A DNA stretch of 64,000 nt, taken from the NCBI RefSeq assembly GCF_036365525.1, contig NC_090378.1:115677593-115741592 (forward strand), in the 5' to 3' direction. A program made the position numbers and the translations under genes. Numbering within the stretch: position 1 is the stretch's first letter; each line of letters starts with the position of its first letter. The stretch is from Heterodontus francisci (taxonomy: Eukaryota). Below are positions 16,101 to 30,131 of this stretch, in pieces. The notes beneath the pieces are model-generated. The model made no database searches and was not told the DNA's origin. It saw nothing but the letters and a program-made list of their open reading frames with translations.

Positions 16101-19100
16101 CCATTATTATATATTATATATAACTGTGGGATGTTTCAGTACAGGAGGTGGGACTGTGTGTCCATTATTATATATTGTATATAACTGTGGGATGTGTCAG
16201 TACAGGAGTTGGGACTGCATGTCCATTATTATATATTATATGTAACTGTGGGATGTTTCAGTAGAGGAGTTGGGACTGTGTGTCCATTATTATATATTGT
16301 ATATAACTGTGGGCTGTGTCAGTACAGGAGTTGGGACTGCGTGTCCATTATTATATATTATATATAACTGTGGGATGTGTCAGTGCAGGAGGTGGGACTG
16401 CGTGTCCATTATTATATATTATATATAACTGTGGGATGTTTCAGTCGAGGAGTTGGGACTGTGTGTCCATTATTATATATTATATATAACTGTGGGATGT
16501 GTCAGTACAGGAGGTGGGACTGTGTGTCCATTATTATATATTGTATATAACTGTGTGATGTGTCAGTACAGGAGGTGGGACTATGTGTCCATTATTATAT
16601 TTAATATGTAACTGTGGGTTGTGACAGTACAGGAGGTGGGACTGTGTTTCCATTATTGTATATTATATATAACTGTGCGATGTGTCAGTACAGGAGGTTG
16701 GACTATGTGTCCATTATTATATTTAATATGTAACTGTGGGTTGTGACAGTACAGGAGGTGGGACTGTGTTTCCATTACTATATATTATATATAACTGTGC
16801 GATGTGTCAGTACAGGAGGTGGGACTGCGTGTCCATTATTATATATTATATATAACTGTGGGATGTGTCAGTGCAGGAGGTGGGACTGCGTGTCCATTAT
16901 TATATATTATATATAACTGTGGGATGTTTCAGTCGAAGAGTTGGGACTGTGTGTCCATTATTATATATTATATATAACTGTGGGATGTGTCAGTACAGGA
17001 GGTGGGACTGTGTGTCCATTATTATATATTGTATATAACTGTGTGATGTGTCAGTACAGGAGGTGGGACTATGTGTCCATTATTATATTTAATATGTAAC
17101 TGTGGGTTGTGACAGTACAGGAGGTGGGACTGTGTTTCCATTATTATATATTATATATAACTGTGCGATGTGTCAGTACAGGAGGTGGGACTATGTGTCC
17201 ATTATTATATTTAATATGTAACTGTGGGTTGTGACAGTACAGGAGGTGGGACTGTGTTTCCATTACTATATATTATATATAACTGTGCGATGTGTCAGTA
17301 CAGGAGGTGGGACTGTGTGTCCATTATTATATATTATATATAACTGTGCGATGTGTCAGTACAGGAGGTGGGTCTGTGTTTCCATTGTTATATATTATAT
17401 ATAAATGTGCGATGTGTCAGTACAGGAGGTGGGACTGTGTTTCCATTGTTATATATTATATATAACTGTGGGATGTGTCAGTCGAGGAGGTGGGACTGTG
17501 TGTCCATTATTATATATTATATATAACTGTGGGATGTGTCAGTACAGGAGGTGGGACTGTGTGTCCATTATTATGTATTATATATAACTGTGGGATGTGT
17601 CAGTACAGCAGGTGGGACCGTGTGCCCATTATTATTTATTATATATAACTGTGGGATGTGTCAGTACCTGAGGTGGGACTGTGTGTCCATTATTATATAT
17701 TATATATAACTGTGGGACGTGTCAGTACAGGAGGTGGGACTGTGTTTCCATTATTATTTATTATATATAACTGTGGGATGTGTCAGTACAGGAGGTGGGA
17801 CTGTGTGTCTATTATTATTTATTATATATAACTGTGGGATGTGTCAGTACCTGAGGTGGGACTGTGTGTCCATTATTATATATTATATATAACTGTGGGA
17901 TGTGTCAGTACATGAGGTGGGACTGTGTGTCCATTATTATATATTATATATAACTGTGGGATGTGTCAGTACAGGAGGTGGGACTGTGTGTCCATTATTA
18001 TATATTATATATAACTGTGGGATGTGTCAGTACATGAGGTGGGACTGTGTGTCCATTATTATATATTATATATAACTGTGGGATGTGTCAGTACAGGAGA
18101 TGGGACTGTGTGTCCATTATTATTTATTATATATAACTGTGGGATGTGTCAGTACAGGAGTTGGGACTGCGTGTCCATTATTATATATCATATATAACTG
18201 TGGGATGTTTCAGTAGAGGAGTTGGGACTGCGTGTCCATTATTATATATTATATATAACTGTGGGATGTTTCAGAACAGGAGTTGGGACTGTGTGTCCAT
18301 TATTATATATTGTATATAACTGTGGGCTGTGTCAGTACAGGAGTTGGGACTGTGTGTCCATTATTATATATTGTATATAACTGTGGGCTGTGTCAGTACA
18401 GGAGTTGGGACTGCGTGTCCATTATTATATATTATATATAACTGTGGGATGTTTCAGTAGAGGAGTTGGGACTGTGTGTCCATTATTATATATTATATAT
18501 AACTGTGGGATGTTTCAGTAGAGGAGTTGGGACTGTGTGTCCTTTATTATATATTATATATAACTGTGGGATGTTTCAGTAGAGGAGTTGGGACTGTGTG
18601 TCCATTATTATATATTATAGATAACTGTGGGATGTGTCAGTACAGCAGGTGGGACTGTGTGTCTATTATTATATATTATATATAACTGTGTGATGTGTCA
18701 GTGCAGGAGGTGGGACTGTGCTTCCATTATTATATATTATATATAACTGTGGGATGTGTCAGTACAGGAGTTGGGACTGTGTGTCCTTTATTATATATTA
18801 TATATAACTGAGGGATGTTTCAGTAGAGGAGTTGGGACTGTGTGTCCATTATTATATATTATATATCACTGTGTGATGTCTCAGTACAGGAGTTGGGACT
18901 GTGTGTCCATTATTATATATTGTATATAACTGTGGGATGTGTCAGTACAGGAGGTGGGTTTGTGTGTCCATTCTTACATATTATATATAACTGTGTGATG
19001 TCTCAGTACAGGAGGTGGGACTGTGTGTCCATTATTATATATTATATGTAACTGTGTGATGTCTCAGTACAGGAGTTGGGACTGTGTGTCCATTATTATA

Positions 19101-22100
19101 TATTGTATATAACTGTGGGATGTGTCAGTACAGGAGGTGGGTTTGTGTGTCCATTCTTACATATTATATATAACTGTGGGATGTGTCAGTACAGGAGATG
19201 GGACTGTGTGTCCATTATTATTTATTATATATAACTGTGGGATGTGTCAGTACAGGAGTTGGGACTGTGTGTCCATTATTATATATTGTATATAACTGTG
19301 GGCTGTGTCAGTACAGGAGTTGGGACTGCGTGTCCATTATTATATATTATATATAACTGTGGGATGTGTCAGTACAGGAGTTGGGACTGCATGTCCATTA
19401 TTATATATTATATGTAACTGTGGGATGTTTCAGTAGAGGATTTGGGACTGCGTGTCCATTATTATATATTATATATAACTGTGGGATGTTTCAGTAGAGG
19501 AGTTGGGACTGCGTGTCCATTATTATATATTATATATAACTGTGGGATGTTTCAGTAGAGGAGTTGGGACTGCGTGTCCATTATTATATATTATATATAA
19601 CTGAGGGATGTGTCAGTGCGGGAGGAGGGACTGTGTGTCCATTATTATATATTATATATAACTGTGGGATGTGTCAGTACAGCAGGTGGGACTGTGAGTC
19701 CATTATTTTATATTATATATAACTGTGTGATGTGTCAGTACAGGAGTTGGGACTGTGTGTCCATTATTATATATTATATATAAATGTGAGATGTTTCAGT
19801 AGAGGAGTTGGGACTGCGTGTCCATTATTTTATATTATATATAACTGTGGGATGTTTCAGTAGAGGAGTTGGGTCTGTGTGTCCATTATTATATATTATA
19901 TATAACTGTGGGATGTTTCAGTAGAGGAGTTGGGACTGTGTGTCCTTTATTATATATTATATATAACTGTGGGATGTTTCAGTAGAGGAGTTGGGACTGT
20001 GTGTCCATTATTATATATTATAGATAACTGTGGGATGTGTCAGTACAGCAGGTGGGACTGTGTGTCCATTATTATATATTATATATAACTGTGTGATGTG
20101 TCAGTGCAGGAGGTGGGACTGTGTGTCCTTTATTATATATTATATATAACTGTGGGATGTTTCAGTAGAGGAGTTGGGACTGTGTGTCCATTATTATATA
20201 TTATAGATAACTGTGGGATGTGTCAGTACAGCAGGTGGGACTGTGCTTCCATTATTATATATTATAAATAACTGTGGGATGTGTCAGTACAGGAGTTGGG
20301 ACTGTGTGTCCTTTATTATATATTATATATAACTGAGGGATGTTTCAGTAGAGGAGTTGGGACTGTGTGTCCATTATTATATATTATATATAACTGTGTG
20401 ATGTCTCAGTACAGGAGTTGGGACTGTGTGTCCATTATTATATATTGTATATAACTGTGGGATGTGTCCGTACAGGAGGTGGGTTTGTGTGTCCATTCTT
20501 ACATATTATATATAACTGTGTGATGTCTCAGTACAGGAGATGGGACTGTGTGTCCATTATTATATATTATATGTAACTGTGGGATGTGTCAGTACAGGAG
20601 TTGGGACTGTGTGTCCATTAATTTATATTGTATATAACTGTGTGATGTCTCAGTACAGGAGGTGGGACTGTGTGTCCATTATTATATATTATATATAACT
20701 GTGTGATGTGTCAGTACAGGAGGTGGGACTGTGTGTCCATTATTATATATTATATATAACTGTGGGATGTGTCAGTACAGGAGGTGAGACTGTCTGTCCA
20801 TTATTATATATTATATATAACTGTGGGATGTTTCAGTAGAGGAGTTGGGACTGTGTGTCCTTTATTATATATTATATATAACTGTGGGATGTTTCAGTAG
20901 AGGAGTTGGGACTGTGTGTCCATTATTATATATTATAGATAACTGTGGGATGTGTCAGTACAGCAGGTGGGACTGTGTGTCCATTATTATATATTATATA
21001 TAACTGTGGGATGTGTCAGTACAGGAGTTGGGACTGTGTGTCCATTATTATATATTATATATAACTGAGGGATGTTTCAGTAGAGGAGTTGGGACTGTGT
21101 GTCCATTATTATATATTATATATAACTGTGTGATGTCTCAGTACAGGAGTTGGGACTGTGTGTCCATTATTATATATTGTATATAACTGTGGGATGTGTC
21201 AGTACAGGAGGTGGGTTTGTGTGTCCATTCTTACATATTATATATAACTGTGTGATGTCTCAGTACAGGAGGTGGGACTGTGTGTCCATTATTATATATT
21301 ATATGTAACTGTGGGATGTGTCAGTACAGGAGTTGGGACTGTGTGTCCATTATTTTATATTGTATATAACTGTGTGATGTCTCAGTACAGGAGGTGGGAC
21401 TGTGTGTCCATTATTATATATTATATATAACTGTGTGATGTGTCAGTACAGGAGGTGGGACTGTGTGTCCATTATTATATATTATATATAACTGTGGGAT
21501 GTGTCAGTACAGGAGGTTTGACTGTCTGTCCATTATTATATATTATATATAACTGTGGGATGTGTCAGTACAGGAGGTGGGACTGTGTGTCCATGATTAT
21601 ATATTATATTTAACTGTGGGATGTGTCAGTGCATGAGGTGGGACTGTCTGTCAATTATTATATATTATATATAACTGTGGGATGTGTCAGTACATGAGGT
21701 GGGACTGTGCGTCCATTATTATGTATTATATATAACTGTGGGATGTGTCAGTACATGAGGTGGGACTGTGCGTCCATTATTATGTATTATATATAACTGT
21801 GGGACGTGTCAGTGCAGCAGGTGGGACTGTGTGTCCATTCTTATATTTTATATATAACTGTGGGATGTGTCAGTACCGGAGGTGGGACTTTGTGTCCATT
21901 ATTATATTTTATATATAACTGTGGGATGTGTCAGTACCAGAGGTGGGACTGTGTGTCCATTAATATATATTATATATAACTGTGGGATGTGTCAGTACAG
22001 GAGCTGGGAGTGTGTGTCCATTATTATATATTATATATAACTGTGGGATGTGTCAGGACAGGAGGTGGGACTGTGTGCCCATTATTATATATTATATCTC

Positions 22101-25100
22101 ACTGTGGGATGTGTCAGTACAGGAGGTGGGACTGTGTGCCCATTATTATATATTATATATAACTGTGGGACGTGTCAGTACAGGAGGTGGGACTGTGTGC
22201 CCATTATTATATATTATATATAACTGTGGGACATGTCAGTACAGGAGGTGGGACTGTGTGTCCATTATTATATATTATATATAACTGTGGGATGTGTCAG
22301 TACAGGCGGTGGGACTGTGTGCCCATTATTATATATTATATATAACTGTGGGATGTGTCAGTACAGGAGGTGGGACTGTGTGCCCATTATTATATACTAT
22401 ATATAACTGTGGGATGTGTCAGTACAGGAGGTGGGACTGTGTGCCCATTATGATATATTGTCTATAACTGTGGGACGTGTCAGTCCAGGAGGTGGGACTG
22501 TGTGTCCATTGTTATATATTATATATAACTGTGGAATGTGTCAGTACAGGAGGTGGGACTGTGTGTCCATTATTATATTTAATATGTAACTGTGGGTTGT
22601 GACAGTAGATGAGGTGGGACTGTGTGTCCATTATTATATATTATATATAACTGTGGGATGTGCCAGTACAGGAGGTGGGACTGTGTGCCCATTATTATAT
22701 ATTATATATAACTGTGGGATGTGTCAGTACAGGAGGTGGGACTGTGTGTCCATTATTATATTTAATATGTAACTGTGGGTTGTGACAGTAGATGAGGTGG
22801 GACTGTGTGCCCATTATTATATATTATATATAACTGTGGGATGTGCCAGTCCAGGAGGTGGGACTGTGTGCCCATTATTATATATTATATATAACTGTGG
22901 GATGTGCCAGTACAGGAGGTGGGACTGTGTGCCCATTATTATACATTATATATAACTGTGGGATGTGTCAGTACAGGAGGTGGGACTGTGTATCCATTAT
23001 TATATATTATATATAACTGTGGGATGTGTCAGTACAGGAGGTGGGACTGTGTGTCCATTATTATATATTATATATAACTGTGGGATGTGTCAGTACAGGA
23101 GGTGGGACTGTGTGTCCATTATTATATTTAATATGTAACTGTGTTATGTGTCAGTGCAGGAGGTGGGACTGGGTGTCCATTATTATATATTGTATCTAAC
23201 TGTGGGATGTCTCAGTACAGGAGGTGGAACTGTGTTTTCATTATTATGTATTATATATAACTGTGGGATGTGTCAGTGCAGGAGGTGGGACTGTGTGTCC
23301 ATTAATATATATTGTATATAACTGTGGGATGTCTCAGTACGGGAGGTGGGACTGTGTGTCCATTATTAGATATTATATATAACTGTGTTATGTGTCAGTG
23401 CAGGAGGTGGGACTGGGTGTCCATTATTATATATTGTATCTAACTGTGGGATGTCTCAGTACAGGAGGTGGAACTGTGTTTTCATTATTATGTATTATAT
23501 ATAACTGTGGGATGTGTCAGTGCAGGAGGTGGGACTGTGTGTCCATTAATATATATTGTATATAACTGTGGGATGTCTCAGTACGGGAGGTGGGACTGTG
23601 TGTCCATTATTAGATATTATATATAACTGTGTGATGTGTCAGCACAGGAGTTGCGACTGTGTTTCCATTGTTATATATTATATATAACTGTGGGATGTGT
23701 CAATACAGGAGGTGGGACTGTGCGTCCATTATTATGTATTATATATAACTGTGGGATGTGTCAGTGCAGGAGGTGGGACTGTGTGTCCATTAATATATAT
23801 TGTATATAACTGTGGGATGTCTCAGTACAGGAGGTGGGACTGTGTGTCCATTGTTATATATTATAAAAAACTGTGGGATGTGTCAATACATGAGGTGGGA
23901 CTGTGTGTCCATTATTATATATTATATATAACTGTGGGATGTGTCAGTACAGGAGTTGCGACTGTGTTTCCATTGTTATATATTATATATAACTGTGGGA
24001 TGTGTCAGTACAGGAGGTGGGACTGTGTGTCCATTATTATGTATTATATATAACTGTGGGATGTGTCAGTGCAGGAGGTGGGACTGTGTGTCCATTATTA
24101 TGTATTATATATAACTGTGGGATATGTTAGTACAGGAGGTGGGACTGTGTGTCCAATATTATATATTATATATAACTGTAGGATGTGTCAGTGCAGGAGG
24201 TGGGACTGTGTGTCCATTAGTTTATATTATATATAACTGTGGGATGTGTCAGTACAGGAGGTGGGACTGTGTGTCCATTATTATATATTATATATAACTC
24301 TGGGATGTGTCAGTACAGGTGGTGGGACTGTGTGTCCATTATTATATATTATATATAACTGTGGGATGTGCCAGTACAGGAGGTGGGACTGTGTGCCCAT
24401 TATTATATATAACTGTGGGATGTGTCAGTACAGGAGGTGGGACTGTGTGTCCATTATTATATATTATATATAACTGTGGGATGTGTCAGTGCGGGAGGTG
24501 GGACTGTGTGTCCATTATTATATATTATATATAACTGTGGGATGTGTCAGTACAGGAGGTGGGACTGTGTGTCCATTATTATATATTATATATAACTGTG
24601 GGATGTGTCAGTGCAGGAGGTGGGACTGTGTGTCCATTATTATATATTATATATAACTGTGGGATGTGTCAGTACAGGAGGTGGGACTGTGTGTCCATTA
24701 TTATATATTATATATAACTGTGGGATGTGCCAGTACAGGAGGTGGGACTGTGTGCCCATTATTATATATAACTGTGGGATGTGTCAGTACAGGAGGTGGG
24801 ACTGTGTGTCCATTATTATATATTATATATAACTGTGGGATGTGTCAGTGCGGGAGGTGGGACTGTGTGTCCATTATTATGTATTATATATAACTGTGGG
24901 ATGTGCCAGTACAGGAGGTGGGACTGTGTGCCCATTATTTATATTATATATAACTGTGGGATGTGTCAGTACAGGAGGTGGGACTGTGTGTCCATTATTA
25001 TATATTATATATAACTGTGGGATGTGTCAGTACAGGAGGTGGGACTGTGTGTCCATTATTATATATTATATATAACTGTGGGATGTGTCAGTACAGGAGG

Positions 25101-28100
25101 TGGGACTGTGTGTCCATTATTATATATTATATATAACAGTGGGATGTGTCAGTACAGGAGGTGGGACTGTGTGTCCATTATTATATATTATATATAACTG
25201 TGGGATGTGTCAGTACAGGAGGTGGGACTGTGTGTCCATTATTATATATTATATATAACTGTGGGATGTGTCAGTACAGGAGGTGGGACTGTGTGTCCAT
25301 TATTATATATTATATATAACAGTGGGATGTGTCAGTACAGGAGGTGGGACTGTGTGTCCATTATTATATATTATATATAACTGTGGGATGTGTCAGTACA
25401 GGAGGTGGGACTGTGTGTCCATTATTATATATTATATATAACTGTGGGATGTGTCAGTACAGGAGGTGGGACTGTGTGTCCATTATTATATATTATATAT
25501 AACTGTGAGATGTGCCAGTACAGGAGGTGGGACTGTGTGCCCATTATTATATATTATATATAACTGTGGGATGTGTCAGTACAGGAGGTGGGACTGTGTG
25601 TCCATTATTATTTATTATATATAACTGTGGGACGTGTCAGTACAGGAGGTGGGACTGTGTGTCCATTATTATATATTATATATAACTGTGGGACGTGCCA
25701 TTACAGGAGGTGGGATTGTGTGTCCATTATTATATATTATATATAACTGTGGGATGTGCCAGTACAGGAGGTGGGACTGTGTGCCCATTATTATATATTA
25801 TATATAACTGTGGGATGTGTCAGTACAGGAGTTGGGACTGTGTTTTCATTATTATGTATTATATATAATTGTGGGATGTGTCAGTCCAGGAGTTGGGACA
25901 GTGTGCCCATTATTATATATTATATATAACTGTGGGACGTGTCAGTACAGGAGGTGGGACTGTGTGCCCATTATTATATATTATATATAACTGTGGGACG
26001 TCTCAGTACAGGAGGTGGGACTGAGTTTTCATTATTATGTATTATATATAACTGTGGGATGTGTCAGTGCAGGAGGTGGGACTGTGTGTCCATTAATATA
26101 TATTATATATAACTGTGGGATGTCTCAGTACAGGAGGTGGGACTGTGTGTCCATTGTTATATATTATATATAACTGTGGGATGTGCCAGTACAGGAGGTG
26201 GGACTGTGTGCCCATTATTATATATTATATATGACTGTGGGATGTGCCAGTACAGGAGGTGGGACTGTGTGTCCATTGTTATATATTATATATAACTGTG
26301 GAATGTGTCAGTGCAGGAGGTGGGACTGTGTGTCCATTAATATATATTGTATATAACTGTGGGATGTCTCAGTACAGGAGGTGGGACTGTGTGTCTATTA
26401 ATATATATTGTATATAACTGTGGGATGTCTCAGTACAGGAGGTGGGACTGTGTGTCCATTAATATATATTGTATATAACTGTGGGATGTCTCAGTACAGG
26501 AGGTGGGACTGTGTTTTCATTATTATATATTGTATATAACTGTGGGATGTCTCAGTACAGGAGGTGGGACTGTGTTTTCATTATTATGTATTATATATAA
26601 CTGTGGGATGTGTCAGTGCAGGAGGTGGGACTGTGTGTCCATTAATATATATTGTATATAACTGTGGGATGTCTCAGTACAGGAGGTGGGACTGTGTGTC
26701 TATTAATATATATTGTATATAACTGTGGGATGTCTCAGTACAGGAGGTGGGACTGTGTGTCCATTAATATATATTGTATATAACTGTGGGATGTCTCAGT
26801 ACAGGAGGTGGGACTGTGTGTCTATTAATATATATTGTATATAACTGTGGGATGTGTCAGTACAGGAGGTGGGACTGTGTGTCCATTAATATATATTGTA
26901 TATAACTGTGGTATGTCTCAGTACAGGAGGTGGGACTGAGTTTTCATTATTATGTATTATATATAACTGTGGGATGTGTCAGTGCAGGAGGTGGGACTGT
27001 GTGTCCATTAATATATATTGTATATAACTGTGGGATGTCTCAGTATAAGAGGTGGGACTGTGTGTCCATTATTATATATTATATATAACTGTGGGATGTG
27101 TCAGTATAGGAGGTGGGACTGTGTGTCCATTATTATATATTATCTATAACTGTGGGGTGTGTCATTCCAGCAGGTGGGACCATGTGACCATTATTATATA
27201 TTATATATAACTGTGGGATGTGTCAGTATAGGAGGTGGGACTGTGTGTCCATTATTATATATTATATATAACTGTGGGATGTGTCTGTACAGGAGGTGGG
27301 ACTGTGCGTCCATTATTATATATTATATATAACTGTGGGATGTGTCAGTATAGGAGGTGGGACTGTGTTTCCATTATTATATATTATTTATAACTGTGGG
27401 ATGTGTCAGTATCGGAGGTGGGACTGTGTTTCCATTATTATATATTATATATAACTGTGGGATGTGTCAGTATAGGAGGTGGGACTGTGTTTCCATTATT
27501 ATATATTATTTATAACTGTGGGATGTGTCAGTATCGGAGGTGGGACTGTGTTTCCATTATTATATATTATATATAACTGTGGGATGTGTCAGTGCAGGAG
27601 GTGGGACTGTGTGTCCATTATTATATATTATATATAACTGTGGGATGTGTCAGTATAGGAGGTGGGACTGTGTTTCCATTATTATATATTATATATAACT
27701 GTGGGATATGTCAGTACAGGAGGTGGGACTGTGTGTCCATTATTATGTATTATATATAACTGTGTGATGTCTCAGTACAGGAGGTGGGACTGTGTTTCCA
27801 TTATTATATATTATATGTCATTGTGTGATGTCTCAGTACAGGAGGTGGGACTGTGTGTTTATTATTATATATTGTATATAACTGTGGGATGTGTCAGTAC
27901 AAGAGGTGGGACTGTGTATCCATTATTATAAATTATATATAACTGTGGGATGTGTCAGTACAGGAGGTGGGACTGTGTGTCCATTATTATATATTATATA
28001 TAACTGTGGGATGTGTCAGTATAGGAGGTGGGACTGTGTTTCCATTATTATATATTATATATAACTGTGGGATGTGTCAGTACAAGAGGTGGGACTGTGT

Positions 28101-29505
28101 ATCCATTATTATAAATTATATATAACTGTGGGATGTGTCAGTACAAGAGGTGGGACTGTGTATCCATTATTATATATTATATATAACTGTGAGATGTGTC
28201 AGTACAGGAGGTGGGACTGTGTATCCATTATTATAAATTATATATAACTGTGGGATGTGTCAGTACAAGAGGTGGGACTGTGTATCCATTATTATAAATT
28301 ATATATAACTGTGGGATGTGTCAGTACAAGAGGTGGGACTGTGTGTCCATTATTATAAATTATATATAACTGTGGGATGTGTCAGTACAGGAGGTGGGAC
28401 TGTGTGTCCATTATTATATATTATATATAACTGTGGGATGTGTCAGTACAAGAGGTGGGACTGTGTGTCCATTATTATAAATTATATATAACTGTGGGAT
28501 GTGTCAGTCCAGGAGGTGGGACTGTGTGCCCATTATTATAGATTGTATATAACTGTGGAATGTGTCAGTGCAGGAGTTGGAACTTTGTGTCCATTGTAAT
28601 ATATTATATCTAACTGTGGGATGTGTCAGTGCAGGAGGTGGGACTGTGTGTCCATTATTATATATTATATCTAACTGTGGGATGTGTCAGTACAGGAGGT
28701 GGGACTGTGTGTCCATTATTATATATTATATATAACTGTGGGATGTGTCAGTGCAGGAGGTGGGACTGTGTGCCCATTATTATATATTATATATAACTGT
28801 GGGATGTGTCAGTGCAGGAGTTGGAACTTTGTGTCCATTGTAATATATTATATCTAACTGTGGGATGTGTCAGTGCAGGAGGTGGGACTGTGTGTCCATT
28901 ATTATATATTATATATAACTGTGGGATGTGTCAGTACAGGAGGTGGGACTGTGTGCCCATTATTATATATTATATCTAACCGTGGGATGTGTCAGAGCAG
29001 GAGGTGGGACTGTGTGTCCATTATTATATATTATATATAACTGTGGGATGTGTCAGTGCAGATGGTGGGACTGTGTGCCCATTATTATATATTATATATA
29101 ACTGTGGGATGTGTCAGTGCAGGAGTTGGAACTTTGTGTCCATTGTAATATATTATATCTAACTGTGGGATGTGTCAGTACAGGAGGTGGGACTGTGTGC
29201 CCATTATTATATATTATATCTAACCGTGGGATGTGTCAGTGCAGATGGTGGGACTGTGTGCCCATTATTATATATTATATATAACTGTGGGACGTGTCAG
29301 TACAGGAGGTGGGACTTTGTGTCCATTATTTTATATTATCTGTAACTCTGGGATGTCTCAGTTCAGGAGGTGGAACTGTCTGTCCATTATTATATATTAT
29401 ATATAGCTGCGGGATGTGTCATTACAGGAGGTGGGACTGTGTTTCCATTATTATATATTATATATAACTGTGGGATGTGTCAGTACAGGAGGTGGGACAG
29501 TGTGT
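1200..29505. repeat. 61-bp tandem satellite, ~460 units, ~28.3 kb
   Basis: Consensus AACTGTGGGATGTGTCAGTACAGGAGGTGGGACTGTGTGTCCATTATTATATATTATATAT repeated continuously. Variants cluster regionally; occasional 54/57/59-bp units. Confidence 0.99.
12573..12780 (+). mobile_element. 5'-truncated RTE-clade LINE 3' end inserted in the satellite
   Basis: Encodes FLCSTCGRACHSRIGLYSHSRRC (C-terminal Cys/His motif typical of RTE-clade ORFs). Short 3' UTR, (GAAA)n tail, and a ~39-bp target-site duplication (12534-12572 / 12781-12819, 1 mismatch). Confidence 0.8.
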
Positions 29506-29510
29506 ATTGA

Positions 29511-29538
29511 GGTTTTTGTAAGGCTCTGTTTCACTGTG
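29511..29538 (-). promoter_or_regulatory. V(D)J recombination signal sequence with 12-bp spacer
   Basis: Minus strand reads CACAGTG-aaacagagcctt-ACAAAAACC: consensus heptamer and nonamer, exactly 12-bp spacer, directly 3' of the V coding end. Confidence 0.98.
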
Positions 29539-29836
29539 TAGGGGCTGCTGTATCCTTGCATACAGTAATAATTTGCAACATCCTCACTCTGTACATTACT
29601 GATTGTCAGAGTGTATTTGGTGTTCTGTTGACTGCCGGTGAATCGGTCAGATGTTCCTGTGAAACGATATGTTCCAGCATTGATCAGGAGAGTGGGTTTC
29701 TGACCTTCTCGTTGCTGATACCAAGAAACAAAATTGCTAACGTACTCGCTGGCCGTACAGGTGATAGTTGCGGTCTGTCCCAGTCTCACTGACAGTGTCG
29801 GTGGAGACTGGGTCATGATGATGTCTCCACTGATAC
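29539..29836 (-). CDS. IGKV: Immunoglobulin light-chain V exon, kappa (type III/NS4-like), germline unrearranged
   Basis: Acceptor ...ccctcag|GT ATC AGT GGA. Translates (G)ISG-DIIMTQSPPTLSVRLGQTATITCTASEYVSNFVSWYQQREGQKPTLLINAGTYRFTGTSDRFTGSQQNTKYTLTISNVQSEDVANYYCMQGYSSP, with both Cys, WYQQ and YYC intact. A 12-RSS is the kappa configuration. Confidence 0.95.
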
Positions 29837-30022
29837 CTGAGGGGTAACAGAGAAACAGAGTGAAGTAAGAACTGTGACAGAAATACCCTGCAAAATGAGA
29901 TATTGTTAGAGACAGTAACCGTTCCTCTTGTTTCAGCATTTTCCCTCCAATCACAAGTCAGTAGAATTGGACTGAAATAAACAGCAGGAAAATATTAACC
30001 GTGGAAGGAGAGAGATTTGTAC

Positions 30023-30071
30023 CTGCGACGCAGAATGCCAGAGGCCAGATCAGCTGGATGGGTGAAATCAT
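30023..30071 (-). CDS. IGKV: Ig kappa leader exon (MISPIQLIWPLAFCVA-G)
   Basis: 49-bp exon from ATG to GCA G|gtacaa, phase-1 donor. A 186-bp intron (29837-30022) splices in frame to the V exon; hydrophobic signal peptide. Confidence 0.92.
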
Positions 30072-30131
30072 GGTGCCTGCTCCTGTCTCTGTGCCTGGTT
30101 ACTGATAAACTCTCCCTTCTCTGGGCTCTGC

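Noticed and set aside
7144-27931. Many 60-150 aa ORFs (MSVQEVGLCVHYYILY...) in the satellite
   Set aside because: They are translations of the 61-bp repeat that stay open only where variant units shift the stop; no protein features
1200-29505. Satellite as a CRISPR array or Ig class-switch region
   Set aside because: No unique spacers and a eukaryotic context. It lacks AGCT-rich motifs, is C-rich on the Ig sense strand, and lies at a light-chain V.
29451-29954. 167-aa single-exon ORF covering the V gene
   Set aside because: It reads through intron and RSS. The real structure is leader exon 30071-30023 spliced to V exon 29836-29539.
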